Shown piece after piece: positions 51,620-64,000 of a stretch of 64,000 bases of DNA. Position numbers and translations under genes: made by a program. Origin of the DNA: Felis catus (Eukaryota); NCBI RefSeq assembly GCF_018350175.1, contig NC_058370.1:136276001-136340000 (forward strand), read 5' to 3'. Each line of letters starts with the position of its first letter. The first letter of the stretch is position 1. The notes beneath the pieces were generated by a model. That model was not told the origin of the DNA and did no database searches. It saw only the letters and a list, made by a program, of their open reading frames with translations.

Positions 51620-52092
51620 AGAGTTACCTGATGCCTGTACCAGTGAGTGACTAATTAACCATCCCAACTCTCAGCAGCTGCAACAACAAACCATCATGTC
51701 TCATACTTCCTGGTCCGTTGGGTGGTTCCTTTCTCGTCCTGACTTAAGTGATCCCTGTAGGCATCTGGAAGCTGGGCTGGATGGGGCTGCACGATACAGC
51801 CTGAGCCTACTCACGTTTGGTGTTTTTAGGCTTTGGGGTCTGGAGGTTTCCGAGTACCAGCTGCAGTCCATGGGTGTCTCCTCCCCCCCGGAATCTAGCC
51901 CGCCCCACTTCCCAAGGTGCTCGCAGGGATCCAAAGGCAGGAAGAGAAGGAGAGAACTAATAGAAAGCACTCCTCAAGTATCTGGATGCCATTTACTAGT
52001 GCCTTACTGCCCCGAAGTGAGTCTCGGGCCAAGTCCAGATTCAAGGGGTAGAGGCAGTGATGTGGCCACGTTTGCAAATACTCCCCCACATT
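51620..52092 (-). mobile_element. old MLT1 (MaLR) LTR
   Basis: aaccatcccaactctcagcagc...acaacaaaccatc...ggccaagtccagattcaagggg. Confidence 0.65.
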
Positions 52093-52419
52093 TGCTCACA
52101 TCCCTGATGCCTCAGGGCCGGCTGGAGCGGCCGCTGAGCATTCATCTTGTGGTCAGCCCCAGGCCGGGCGAGGCGGGGCCTGCAAAGAAACATTACATAC
52201 GGAGCCTGACCTTGTAAAGACAAGGTGCGCAGAGAACAGATATTGGAGAAAGGGCGGGTGGAATAAAACGGTGGCCGCTCCGGAGCCGGTTAATATGCAG
52301 GAAAAGAACTACAAGAAGCCAGACTCACTGGGAGAACGAAGGAATTCGCTCCCGTGGAGTAGTCACCTTAGACTTGCCTTATATTTTTTGCACGGTTGTG
52401 GTTAATTTGTTAAAGAAAA

Positions 52420-52421
<2 letters not shown>

Positions 52422-52460
<39 letters not shown>
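52422..52460. repeat. (GT)n microsatellite
   Basis: about 19 perfect units. Confidence 0.98.
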
Positions 52461-52461
<1 letters not shown>

Positions 52462-52925
52462 ATGGTGGTGCCTGTATAAGTATTTCCTTCGGGGAAGGCA
52501 CCACCGCCCTCTGCTCCATGATATCCATATCGCCCATGTTTCAAGGCACTTCCGTGTTTCTAACGTCACTAGGCGCCCCCGGGCACACGTGGGGGAAGCC
52601 TTGCCTCCATTGTGGAGAAGAGGATGGGAAGAAGGAGGCTGGAAGGAGCCAGCTGGAGGCCGGGGAAGAACCGGCGAGGGCAGAGGCTTCCCTCCCCAGG
52701 GGCGAGGACGACAGCCCCACTGTCACATTAGGAAGTCAACCTGAAGGTCACGGAGATGGAGTCATACGCTTCCTCCGCCACCACTCCCTGAGTGTCTGCT
52801 GGATGCCACCATCTCTAATAGCGTAGAATGTTCTAGGGACGAGTGAGACTGTAAAGTAAAAAAATAAATAAATAAACGTTCTGGAAAATAATAAGCTCCA
52901 TCAATACTCTAAATCATGATGATGA

Positions 52926-53130
52926 GGGGCGCCCGGGTGGCTCAGTCAGTTGAGCGTCCGACTTCAGCTCAGGTCATGATCTCACGGTCCGTGGATTCGA
53001 GCCCCACGTCGGGCTCTGGGCTGACGGCTCAGAGCCTGGAGCCTGCTTCGGATTCTGCCTCTCTGTCCCTGCCCCGCTCACGCTCTGTCTCTCTTTATCT
53101 CTCAAAAATAAATGTTAAAAAATTTTTTTC
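52926..53130 (+). mobile_element. CanSINE
   Basis: TSD AAATCATGATGATG at 52911-52924 and 53131-53144. Confidence 0.96.
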
Positions 53131-53510
53131 AAATCATGATGATGTGATTAGATACAGAGGGACAAGGCAGAGTGTGTGTCCCAAGGGAGCAGTGGCAACA
53201 GTGAATTGTTAACACCACGTAGTCAAAAAAGCCAGTTTAGCCGTCACTGTGTGACTGTAATCAACTTGCTCAGGTTTGATTAAGTCTCCCCGTCTATAAA
53301 ACAAAGAGGCATGTAATTGGCCTAGTTTCTTCTCGGGACTTTTTATGAATCAAAGGAGATAAGGTACCTGAGTGCGATTTTGTGAAAGGCACACGTCATT
53401 GTCTGCTGCCATAATTATTGTGCCGTCCTCGCTACGATGACAGCTGTGGAAACAGAAGCAGAAGGTACATTCTAGACAGATCTCAGAGGCTGAGCTCAAG
53501 AGGTGAGGAC

Positions 53511-53670
53511 GGGACGCCTGGGTGGTTCAGGGGGTTAAGTGTCCGACTCTTGATTTCGGCTCAGGTCATGATGTCAGGGGTCGTGGGACCCAGGCCTGTG
53601 TTCGGTTACACACTAACATCATGGAGCCTGCTTGGGATTCTCTCTCTCTCTCTCTCTCTTCCTGCTTGGG

Positions 53671-53714
<44 letters not shown>

Positions 53715-53751
53715 AATAAATAAACAAACCTTAAAAAGATTAAAAAAGTAA
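53511..53751 (+). mobile_element. CanSINE (older) with internal duplication of cctgcttgggattct(CT)n
   Basis: TSD gaggtgaggac; duplicated block within 53627-53710. Confidence 0.93.
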
Positions 53752-56637
53752 AGGAGGTGAGGACAGGTAAACTCCAGAGGAGAGGCAACATGGCAGACAG
53801 TGGGGTCTCAGTCACAGCCGGCTGAATTACACTGAATTCAGCGTTGAGAATACAGAGCAGGGAATGAACAGGTGACGTAGGCTAAAATGGCGGCCGATCC
53901 CCCTCCCCAGCCCAGGCCTGACCCACCATCTTCTCAAACTCCAGTGGTTCATGTTCTATGGAGGAATATATGTTGCTTTTGGTGGCGAGGGGTGCTCTGG
54001 TGACTGAATAACTCGGTTTGAATCCTGTCCGTCAAGAAGGTTGGAATTTCTGCTCATCTGGGGTTTCTCAGCATGCCCTGCGTGAAGCTGTACACAAGTA
54101 ACGCCCCAAAATGTCTATGAAGTGAGGCTGGGCCAAAAATGTCTAACAGAACAGCCTCCTTTTATGCTCGGTACCCTATTTCTGCAGAAGCCCAGGGATT
54201 TCTCATAAAGGTGGTCATCGAGCAGGGTGACCACTGACTCTTTCTGTAGATCTTAGACCTCACCCGATCTCTTCAGCCCTTCTGGGCTTTACTGTCTGCG
54301 GCCATAAAGCCCAGCCAATGACACCCACTTTCTCCGTTTGGAAGGATGGATGAAACAGTATCTGGACGGTGTCTGGCACCAGGTAAGGACTGAGGGGGAG
54401 GCAGTTGCTTTCATCATTTTTACTTCCTGTCACGGTCAAAGGCAGTTGGATACGCTCCTGCCCCCCGCCCATCCCGAGAGATCATGAGAGTGGCCCACGT
54501 CCTCCTGAGGTTGCTGGCCCCTTCCAACCAAACAAGAACCTGCTGCCCCCCGGGGGGGGGGCTTTGCTGTATTTGTAAGGTGTGCTGAACCTGCCTCTCA
54601 CCTGATCCTGGATACTCCGCGGGTTTCTCATTCCACACCACCTCGCGGGCAACAGGGCTCAAGCCACAAGTTTTTGACACGGATAACATGATCAGCTCCA
54701 GAAGCAAATCAGAGAAGTCGATAGCGGGGCTGGGTTTTACCCAACTTTGGGCCTTTGCAATCATCGAAGACAATATGTTGTGCAAAGTTTAAGTTCTAGA
54801 GGCTTTGAGGCTATGATAGTGCGATGCAAATGTAGAGCAAACATAAAGTAAAAAAAGAGAACCAGGTGATCTTGTAAAATATATTCCTTTGGCTGAATCA
54901 TTTCTTTCTTGCACAGGACAGGGATGGTCCGATAAAGCAAAAGACCCTTAAAAATAGAATCAGGGGGGTGAAATCGTCTCTGAGTCCACACTCCAGGAGA
55001 CGTACCTGCCTGGGTCCCCCTCCCTCACTAGGATGATAATTGGGACTGTAGTTCTTAGACCACCTACCTAAAGTTTATGATATGAAATTGTAAACTTGCT
55101 TATTATTTCACTGTAACTCAATTCCTTTCACCCGAACACGCACACAAGGATCTGTGCTCACTGTCAATGGTAGCAAGACTTAATAGCTTTGACAGGAGGC
55201 AGAGAGAATACTGAAGACCAGCCCACAGTCATATGGACGCACGGAGGTCTGAGAAATCTGCTACTGGAAAAGAGAAAAGCGCCTGTTTCATCATCCCCCA
55301 AGGGGGTTAGGAGGGTTCTGGAAGGAGAGGATACTCCATCACGCATTGAAGGATGAGTGTAAAACCGTGGGCATAGAAAAAACAGGGAAGAGGGCAATTA
55401 ATTCCAGCAGAACGAATAGCACGCATAGAATCAGGGCGTGCAAGTTCATGGCTCCTTGGGGAGAGAGCAGGTGTCTGTGCCCTTGAAAAAGGTTTTTGGG
55501 GCTCTGAATAGGAAGGGAGCTTGGGGAAGCAGAAAAGCAAGATAAATCCCGGGGTGCCAATCTGGTTCCAAATGATCCTATAAAGTGGGAATTCTGCCAC
55601 GCAGGTGATGGTTAAAGGAAAGGTAGCGGATTTTTAACAGCACCAACTTTATTTTGAGGTCAGTTCTCCGGAGAGAGGTTTGCTTTGATTGGTAGAATCT
55701 GCTCATGTATGCTGATCTAGATTGATCTACACATTTCTGGGAATTTATTGAACGGTTTCCAGACAGCAGGTTTAAGTGGGGCTGAGATCCATCGGTGAAA
55801 AAAAAAAATCCCATAGTAAATTATCATCCTTTCAAATGCCATCTTGAGTTTATATATCGTTTTTTTTCTTACAAGTTACTCAAATCATTTCACATATAGC
55901 ATTGCATTTTCCCTAATGTTCCTAAGGCATAATTAGGTACATGCATTTCCAGGCTTATTTTATAAATATTGACATCTGACATATTGGTTACAGAATCTGC
56001 TGGAGAGAACATGACATCAAAACAGTCATCAAACTGCACATTATTATCAGCTATTTTGTGTATAAGTCACCACATAAATAAAAGTGTTACAGGCATTTCT
56101 CTTTAACTGCATACTTTAATATTTTTACGTTGACTTTACAGTTTCAAAATAAACTCTACCAGCACATTATACAAATCTCTAGCACTACAGGGAAAAAAAA
56201 AAAACATGTAACGAGGAAAAATAAGAAAAAAATAGAAATATCACACATCTCATTACTTAGGTTGGAAGAACTGTCCACACCGCGGTCGTGGGATCGTATT
56301 ACTTCAGGGCCTGATAAAGTGAAATGAAGACCGAGTTGACTAGGGGAGAGCCAGCGGGATGGGTGCCTGAACAGAAATACAAGTAGCAGACCCTGGCAAA
56401 ATGCACGGAGATTGAAGTTAAAACAACAGAACCCCGTGCGTGCCAAACAATTTCCATCTGTAGATAAATTTGGTCAAGGACAGTGAGCTTACAACTCCTA
56501 CTCATATCTGGACGGTTATATGGATGTGAGATTAGATAAACAGAGAAGTAGAGAGATAAACAAATACAGAGGCACAAATAATTTTTTAACAGTAAGACCA
56601 TGCTGTTATTTTAAGAAAATTATTAAAATTAGTTTCA

Positions 56638-56823
56638 CTTAAAAAAAAACTTTTTGAAGTTTATTTACTTTTGAGAGAGAGAGGGAGACACAGATTTGGA
56701 AGCAGGCTCCAGGCTCTGAGCTGTCAGCACAGAGCCTGACGTGGGGCTCGGACTCATGGACCGTGAGATCCTGACCTGAGCCGAAGACAGACACTTAACC
56801 CACTGAGACACTCAGGGGCCCCC
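56638..56823 (-). mobile_element. CanSINE
   Basis: TSD aaattagtttc. Confidence 0.94.
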
Positions 56824-56849
56824 AAATTAGTTTCCCTTTTAACTGAAGA

Positions 56850-58090
56850 ATAAACAGTTTTAAATTTCACAAAAATTAACTCCAAATGGGTCATGAGACC
56901 TAGACAGACTTCTTAGATGCACCCCAAGAGACAGAATCCATGAAGGAAATAATTGAAATACTGGCCTTCGTTATAATTAAAAAACTCTGCTCTGTGAAAG
57001 ATAATATCAAGAGAATTAGCAGAGAAAGCATACTGGGAGAAAATATTTGTGAAAGACACATCCAATAAAAGGCTGTTACCCAAACTGTACAAAGAACACT
57101 TAGAATGAAACACTAAGAAAACAAACAACCTGATTACAAAATTGGCCAGAGACCTTAACAGACAGCTCACCAAAGAAGGGATATAGAAGGCAAATATGTG
57201 TATAAAAAGATGTTCCGTGTCTTATGTCATTAGGGAAATGCAAATTAAAACCACCCTGAGATGCCAGTCCACACCTGTGAGAAAGGCCAAAATCTGGGAC
57301 ATTGTGGAGCACTGGCGAGGACGTGGAGGGCAGGAACTCTCACTCGTTGCTGGTGGGAAAGCAAAGTGCTGTAGCGAAATGTGGAGAACAGGTTGATGAT
57401 TTCTTACAAAACTAAACATACTCTTACTGTACAATCCAGCAATCACACTTCTGGGTATTTACCCAAAGGAAATGAAAACCTATGTCCACATAAACCTGTG
57501 TACAAATGTTTAGAGCGACTTTAGAAAGAAAGAAAGAAAGAAAGAAACCATGAAACACCCAGACAGTGGAATAAAATTCAGTGCTAAAAAGAAACAAATT
57601 GTCAAGGCATGAGCAGACATGAGAGAAACTTCAATGCATATTGCTAAGCGAAGGAAGCCAATCTGATTGAATGACATGATATTCTGGATGATTGAAGCAC
57701 ATGACATTCTGGATGATGGAAGCACATGACATTCTGGAAAAAGCCAAATGATGGAGATAGTTAAGAGGCCAGTAGTTGTCAGAGGTGAGGATATGAATGA
57801 TGACTAAGTAAAGCATAGAGGGGTGTTAGGAGCGTAACAATACTCTATATGATATAATGATGTATTGTGTCCTTACGTGTTTGTCCAGACCCACAGAGTG
57901 CACGATTTTGAGGATGAACCCTCATGTAAACTGTGGACTTGGCATGTTTATGATGTGTCAACTGTGGCTCACCCCTGGTGAAAAGTGTCCAATTCTGGTG
58001 AGTGATGTTGGGAGGGATGTGCTAGTGAACAGGAAGAACGTACCTGGGAAATTTGTGCACCTTTCAATTTTGTTGTAAACCTTCTCGATT
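56850..58090 (+). mobile_element. L1MC-type ORF2 C-terminus + 3'UTR
   Basis: IREMQIKTTLRCQSTPVRKAKI; caatccagcaatcacacttctgggtatttacccaaagg; gatgaaccctcatgtaaactgtggact. Confidence 0.9.
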
Positions 58091-58599
58091 CTAAATGTCA
58101 TAAACTGATTGTGTAAAACACTCAGCATCTGCACACTTGCACTTCAGTAAAATCTTTGTTTCATTTTTTTTCACAGTATTGGGTGACTGTGGACCACACT
58201 ACATGAAGGAAATACCACTCTTCCTCTTCTCCTTCTTCAGCTCCTGATTATTAAAATCACATTTTGTCTACATTGCATTCCATGTAAGTTGCACTCAGTC
58301 TACCAAAGCCTGGACTGTCCTGACCTCATGCTCTGTGTTTCAATAGATTCTTAATCACTGTGAATCCTTCTTCCAAAATATCTTCATTCCACCGATTCCT
58401 CTGTCACTTTCTTGTCTGGGTTTCACCTTTGTTAAGAGCAAGCAGTTGTCTGGAAATTCTGCCTTTATATTTGGATGACTTCTTAGAGTTATAGAAACAT
58501 TGGATCATGCATCCAGTCCCTCGGAATTTCATAAAAAGTGCTCTGTTTTCTGGCATTGGGTAGACCATATACATTCTTTTATGCACGGAAAGATTAGTT

Positions 58600-59835
58600 A
58601 TTTCATTAAGTAAACTTTTTCAAAAAGGACATATGGGAGTTACATTTCTTGTTTTTTTTCTTTTTTCATGTTTAAGGATGTCTTCCTATTTCTTTTTTTA
58701 CAGTTAAAAAAAAAGCAACTGGGCATGTAATATTCTTGGCTCACATTTTTGTTCCCTAAGAAATTAGTAGATATTACAACACTGCCAGATTCCTGTTATT
58801 GACTGTAGGTGCCGAAAAGTATGAGACAAGACTAATTTTACCCCTTTAGGGAAATGCATTTTTCTGCTGGTTTATAAAACTTTTCCTTCCTGCCCCCCTC
58901 TCTCTCCCCCTCCCCACCTCCCTCCGTCCTGTCCTTTCCTCCATTCCGTCCCAGTTTCTGCATATCGAGTGCATGTAATTAGATTATGGACTGAATCATT
59001 TAGTTTCATGAAAAACACATTAGTCCACATATGGATCACAGTCATTGATTTAGCAAATAATTTATTTGGTATCTTTTAGGAAGTACTCATGAACTCCAGC
59101 GAAAAAGAAAAGCCAGGACCTTGAACACAACCTACATTTTGACACGTACGTGCCTTCATTCCTCTCCCTCCAAAACCATGGCGTGTGACCCTCAGTGCCT
59201 TGCACACCTGTCATTGTCCTGTGCGCCTTCTCACAGGGCTTTATTTCATGCAGATTTCTGTATATTCTTGTCTCTGTTGTTTTAACCTTAAAAATGTTTT
59301 ATGGTGTGTGTAATCTTTTACAAGATTGCTCATTTAAAACGATATTGCTAAAATTCATTATGTCATTGTGTGTCACTCTTACTAATTTGTGTTGGGTGCT
59401 GTAGCATATATTACAGTTTCTTCTGTTATTTTCTTGTGATACATTTTCAGATTGTTTCCAGATTTTTGCGTCTGTGGACTTTTGATAAGAACATTCTTAT
59501 TCAGATTTTTTTCTCCAATGGAATAAAGTATAAAATTTTTTCATGGGGGTCTCAAATTGAATCCCCCTGTCCACTATGAGTTGTGATCATCTCTCTTTGA
59601 GAAGATAGATGATGATAAATAGATAGATAGATAGATGCATAGATACATGGATAAGCTATTGCTATTTGTGTTTCCTCTTCTGGAAAACCCCTGTCACATT
59701 TTCCCACCGTTCTGGTACATTTGATATTTTCTTACTGATTTGCCAAAATATTTATATGATTTTTGTATTAATTTCTGTCATTTGTATATATTGAAAATAC
59801 CTTCCTCCATTCTGTGACTTGTCTTTTCACTGCTT
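58600..59835 (-). mobile_element. decayed L1ME-like fragments
   Basis: aatattcttggctcacatttt; attgctaaaattcattatgtcattgtgtgt; aaataccttcctccattctgtgacttgtcttttcact. Confidence 0.55.
59603..59652. repeat. (GATA)n microsatellite
   Basis: imperfect agat units. Confidence 0.8.
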
Positions 59836-61081
59836 ACACCCTATGGCTCTGGTACAAGTTTGTGGAAGGAATCAGTATCTTGACCGTGTTCTCTACTGGC
59901 TGAATTTAGCAAGGGAGGGGCAGCAAGAAACAGATAAGCTCGAGGAAAAAAAAAAATAACCCGTTCATAAGCAGAAATAGCAGAAAAATAAAGAAAGTCC
60001 TGAAATAAGAGCCTTGTGGGTTGGAAAATCCAATTCCTTATAAAGTCACTAAATATTAAAAGACGTTTAAAATTACTTTGTGGCATGAATATTCAGGCCG
60101 GTGAAAACAGCAAAGCGAGAGCAGTCCGTCTGTTGAAAATGGGAGTCTCCCAAGGGTCCCCACCAGAAGAGGCGTTGAACAACCAGGCCAGCAGCCACGT
60201 GACAACTGCAACATCTTCTACCCCAGGAGGGGAACCAGGCACTTGAGCGGAGTGACCACGGTGGCAGCCTGTGGCCCTGGAAGGGCTGTGTCCACAGCAC
60301 AGAGCAGCGAGGGACCAGCAGGCGCCTGGGCGCCCGCACCCCTGACTTCCCTGGACCGTGGCGCTGCCCGGCGAGCGATGTCAGACGTGCAGGCTGTTTT
60401 GGGAAGCCGCCGGGATCCGAAGGTCACTTTGTCACAGCAGCTGGCATTGCTTACCCTGACTGACAGGAAATATTTCCAAATATTCCCTGGCATATGCTTT
60501 CTGGAGGCACCGATAGCCACGGTCTCTAGGTCGCAAAAAGATGTCACAACGCTGGAGCTTTGCTCTGGACACAGAATTCGATATATTCCGAAGGAACACA
60601 GGGTGGCTTCTTTGTTACTTGTCTCTCAAGATATTAATTAGCCCCCCAGGAATACAACCATAAAGTGGCTCATCGCATAGCTCTGCAGAGCTTTGCTCTC
60701 ATATAGGGCAGAGCACTGATTAATTTTTTAATTAGTCTTACGACTTCCTTCTTGAAATGTATGTTGCCGAGTAGTAACTACTGATCATCGGCACACTTCG
60801 GTTCCCGGGGAAGGAGGGCTACGGGTCTAGGAGTTAAGACACAGCCGGTGTCCTCCTGCTCGGCCGCCCCATCCTCCCCCAGTCCCTGGAGCCTCATCTG
60901 GGGATACTCTGCTTTCAAACCCCACTCCAGCAGGAGCGATGCGGTTGCCGTTTGTCAACTGTATATGCCTTACTTTCTCATCGCCATGCCTCCAGCTGCT
61001 GTAGGTCTTCTTCTGGAACAACTTTTCTTTCCACCGGCACCAACCATTTTTTGGGTTTTTCTTGAGACAATTTAACCTTTA

Positions 61082-61368
61082 TTTCATTCATTCATTCATT
61101 CATTCATTCAATTTTTAGTACTTATTATTTTTTATGAATATAACTTATTGCCCAACTGGCTTACGCACAACACCCAGCACTCATCCCAACAAGTGTCCTC
61201 CTCGATGCCCATGACCCTCTTTCCCCTCTCCCCCGCACCCCGTCCACCCTCAGTGTGTTCTCAGTATTTAAGAGTCTCTTGTGATTTGCCTCCCTCCCTC
61301 TAAGATAAGAATAGACACTTTTCCAAAGAAGACATCCAGGCAGCCAACAGACACATGAAGATATGCTC
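61082..61368 (-). mobile_element. short felid L1 3' end with an inverted 5' segment; (TTCA)n at tail
   Basis: 61110-61300 antisense L1 3'UTR; 61302-61368 sense ORF2 piece (aatagacacttttccaaagaagacatccag). Confidence 0.85.
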
Positions 61369-61518
61369 TCAGAGCCCACCGGTAGCAACTTCTAAGTTAA
61401 CTCTTATATAAGGAAGTGCTCTGGGTAAATCATTGGCTTATAGTAATGGCTCCGTACAGATTCGTTATTATTCTGTCATAATTTTCTGTGATTAAAACCT
61501 ATTAAAAATCTTACAGCC

Positions 61519-61729
61519 TGGGAGCCTGGGTGGCTCAGTCGGTTAAGCTGACTCTTGGTTTTGGCTCAGGTCGTGAGTTCATGGATTGGGGGATCGAACC
61601 CCACATTGGGCTCTGTGTTGAAAGCACAGAGCCCGCTTGGGATTCTCTCTCCCTCTCTCTGCCCCTCCCCTGCTAATGTTCTCACTCTTTTTTTGTCTCT
61701 CTCTCTCTCTCTGCCCCTCCCCTGCTTGT

Positions 61730-61774
<45 letters not shown>

Positions 61775-61788
61775 ATAAATAAACATTT
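61519..61788 (+). mobile_element. CanSINE (older) with duplicated ctctgcccctcccctgct block
   Basis: TSD AAAAATCTTACAGCC on both sides. Confidence 0.94.
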
Positions 61789-62537
61789 AAAAAATCTTAC
61801 AGCCAGACTTTCTACCTTTATGCTATACCTCTCTTAGAAGAACATTGAGAATTGTATTTACTGTTATTATTTTAAAGTGTTATCAGATTACTCTGTACAA
61901 TTCATGGCATAGTAACAAAAAACAGTAAAAAAGAGAATATTAATTCCCAAAAGAATTAATTCCAGCTCTACCAATTATGGGTTATGTGACTTTGAAAATA
62001 CAACTTATACCATTTCCGAGGCTGGTCCTTCACTGCACGGTTACCTTCAGGGAGACTAAGTGGCTGTATGAGTGACCGAAAGGGTGAGTCCCCGATCGAC
62101 ACACATGCGTTCTCCCCTCACTCCTTCTCGTGGAAACACCTCTGTTGATGTCACTCCTCTGTTTACAAACGTTCCTTGTTGGACGTCACCCATGGGCTGT
62201 GCAGTCACCGGTCCTCTGGGTGGGCTGGTTTCCTCTACGGCCCTTTCCATCCCCCACCCCCCAGGCACCCAGCCCCATGGCACCGCAATCCCAATGGGCT
62301 CCACCCTTTAGCTGCCTTTACCAAAGCCATTTTGCCCACTAATTCCCAAACCCCCAAAACCCAAATCATTTCTTCATGGCACAACTCAACAGGGGTCTTC
62401 TCATGCCGCCTTTGCGAGTTCCCTGCCACCCACCTCTTAAAAAGACTACTCGAATATAATTTCTCTACTGAACAGCGCAGTGCATGTAATGAGCCTCTCT
62501 GTTTGCATCTTATGTTAATTTAAACATACATCTTGAG

Positions 62538-62730
62538 AGGCGCCTGGATGGCTCAGTCGGTTAAGCGTCCAGCTTTGGCTCAGGTCATGATCTCACGGTT
62601 TGTGGGTTAGGGCCCCACGTCAGGCTCTGTGCTGACAGCTCAGAGCCTGGAGCCTGTTTCGGGTTCTGTGTCTCCCTCTTCTCTCTGCCCTTTCTGACAT
62701 ATATATATATATATATTTTTTTTTTCTTTA

Positions 62731-62779
<49 letters not shown>
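62538..62779 (+). mobile_element. CanSINE with its tail replaced by (TA)n
   Basis: SINE body to about 62698, then TA runs; ata(c/t)atcttga on both flanks. Confidence 0.9.
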
Positions 62780-62780
<1 letters not shown>

Positions 62781-62845
62781 TGACTTTCAGATACAAAGAA
62801 ATTGGAAACGGATATCTCAGTCCTATTCAGTTCCAAATCAGGCCT

Positions 62846-63014
62846 GTATACAGCAGGTACTCCAAGAATGTTGCCGAACGAGAAATGTATACAACAGACA
62901 CTCAAAGAATGTTGCCGAATGAGCAATGTATACACCAGGTACTCAACGACTGTTGCCGAATGAGAAAGGCATACAGCAGGCACTCAAAGAATGTTGCTGA
63001 GTGAGAAATGCACA
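62846..63014 (+). repeat. 41-bp minisatellite, 4 copies, resembling the L2 3' end
   Basis: units start at 62846, 62887, 62928 and 62969; consensus GTATACAGCAGGYACTCAAAGAATGTTGCCGAATGAGAAAT. Confidence 0.92.
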
Positions 63015-64000
63015 AGACAGAGGGAAGCCGAAAGCGTTTTATTTTGTCGCAGTTTCCACTTACTTGCCTACCTGGTCAGAAGGCAGTTTCGTCGTGAAGG
63101 TCACCTGGAAGCAAATGGAGTTCAGCTCAGAGCAATCCTTGCCCACCGGAGTCCCTCCCCAAGCTTCCCCTGGGCTCAGAACCCTCTGCAGGCAATTGCC
63201 CATCAGCGCGTGTGTGGGAGGCTGGCGCTCACCGGGGACCACGAGCCTTCCTCCCCTGGGCGGGCCGAGCGGGGCGCTGAACTGTGTAAAGAAACATCTA
63301 CACCCCTTTGATGATGGTGATGATGAGAGAAAGTTTCACCAAGGTATTTCAGACCGTCTGGGTTATTGCTTTGAAAAACTGCGTGTGTTGGCTCTGATCT
63401 TTTCTACTTTATGTCATTTGCTTTTATTATTTTATTCACACTTTATACATTGGAGATCGGATCGGAGCAATAATAAGAAATTCTCTTTATTTGGACCTGG
63501 AGGCAATATTCTGAATATATATTCTTCTCTAGTAGACCCTAACCATATAGGCTTTTCCTAGAACTGCTTTTATTAGATTTCTTGGAAGCAAGCAGAAAAG
63601 ATTTGCTGAATTACATCTCTAACTCATGATCAGACAGAGGGCAGTCACGGGTGCTTTCAAATGATGCACGCACACTGAGAGCTTGCTTTGTGTCTTTCCT
63701 GAGACGGCTACATACATATATTCAGTGTGTTCAACTGATCTCTGAAATGACAGTTCGTTTTATTCAAACAGGAAGGCTTTGAGTATGTTAGCGGCTTGTT
63801 TTTACCTCTAAAATAATAGTAACAAATATTAATAGTGCCTGAGCATACGCAGATTTCACTCTCGTGCCTGAAAGCGTCGGTCTCGTGGGGCGATGTGGCG
63901 AAGGAGGGTCCCGCCACGTGATCTCCCCAGACTTCGCAAAGGTTCAGAAGTGTTGAGCATCTTCTCCCAAATTACGGCTCCTTGGAGATGTGCTACCAGT

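Noticed and set aside
51696-52217. 173-aa ORF
   Set aside because: Lies largely in a decayed MLT1 LTR; no homology recognised.
54602-54752. Possible minus-strand exon with donor CAG|gtgaga and an open frame
   Set aside because: Weak acceptor (AAG, poor pyrimidine tract) and no recognisable peptide.
2178-62983. Many ORFs with LSLSLS, RERERE or GAPGWRSRLS motifs
   Set aside because: Translations of CanSINE bodies and their CT tracts, not genes.
62846-63014. CRISPR-like periodicity
   Set aside because: Contiguous tandem units without unique spacers, in a mammalian genome.
63001-63561. 186-aa ORF
   Set aside because: Non-ATG start inside the minisatellite, no recognisable domain, T-rich tail.
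1-64000. tRNA genes, endogenous viral elements, NUMTs, processed pseudogenes
   Set aside because: tRNA-like A/B boxes all belong to SINE heads. I recognised no viral, mitochondrial or mRNA-derived sequence by eye, though a BLAST search could reveal diverged cases.

Overview
Repeat-rich mammalian genomic DNA from a cat-family (Felidae) genome, judged by about 29 tRNA-derived carnivore SINEs (CanSINE/SINEC_Fc type). Five of these are near-identical young copies with intact target-site duplications (TSDs). The window also holds carnivore and ancient L1 fragments, L2/MIR relics, MLT1 (MaLR) solo LTRs, a Tigger-type DNA transposon with terminal inverted repeats (TIRs), MER5-like hAT pieces, micro/minisatellites and five assembly N-gaps. 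I recognise no protein-coding gene, RNA gene, viral insertion or NUMT. Nearly all ORFs in the track are SINE-derived, L1-derived, gap-spanning or chance. The window is therefore intergenic or lies inside a large intron. The most interesting observations are modest: (1) a young SINE carrying a likely 3' transduction (hairpin + TTT + second poly-A inside the TSD); (2) two sets of candidate exons with strong splice signals (a 264-nt open Cys-rich minus-strand exon, and a possible 53-aa spliced plus-strand smORF); (3) a 41-bp minisatellite derived from an L2 3' end; (4) CpG enrichment inside an ancient L1; (5) homeodomain-motif-rich repeat-free blocks. I found no convincing novel biological system. 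Repeat subfamily names come from recalled consensus sequences, and boundaries of old repeats are approximate.
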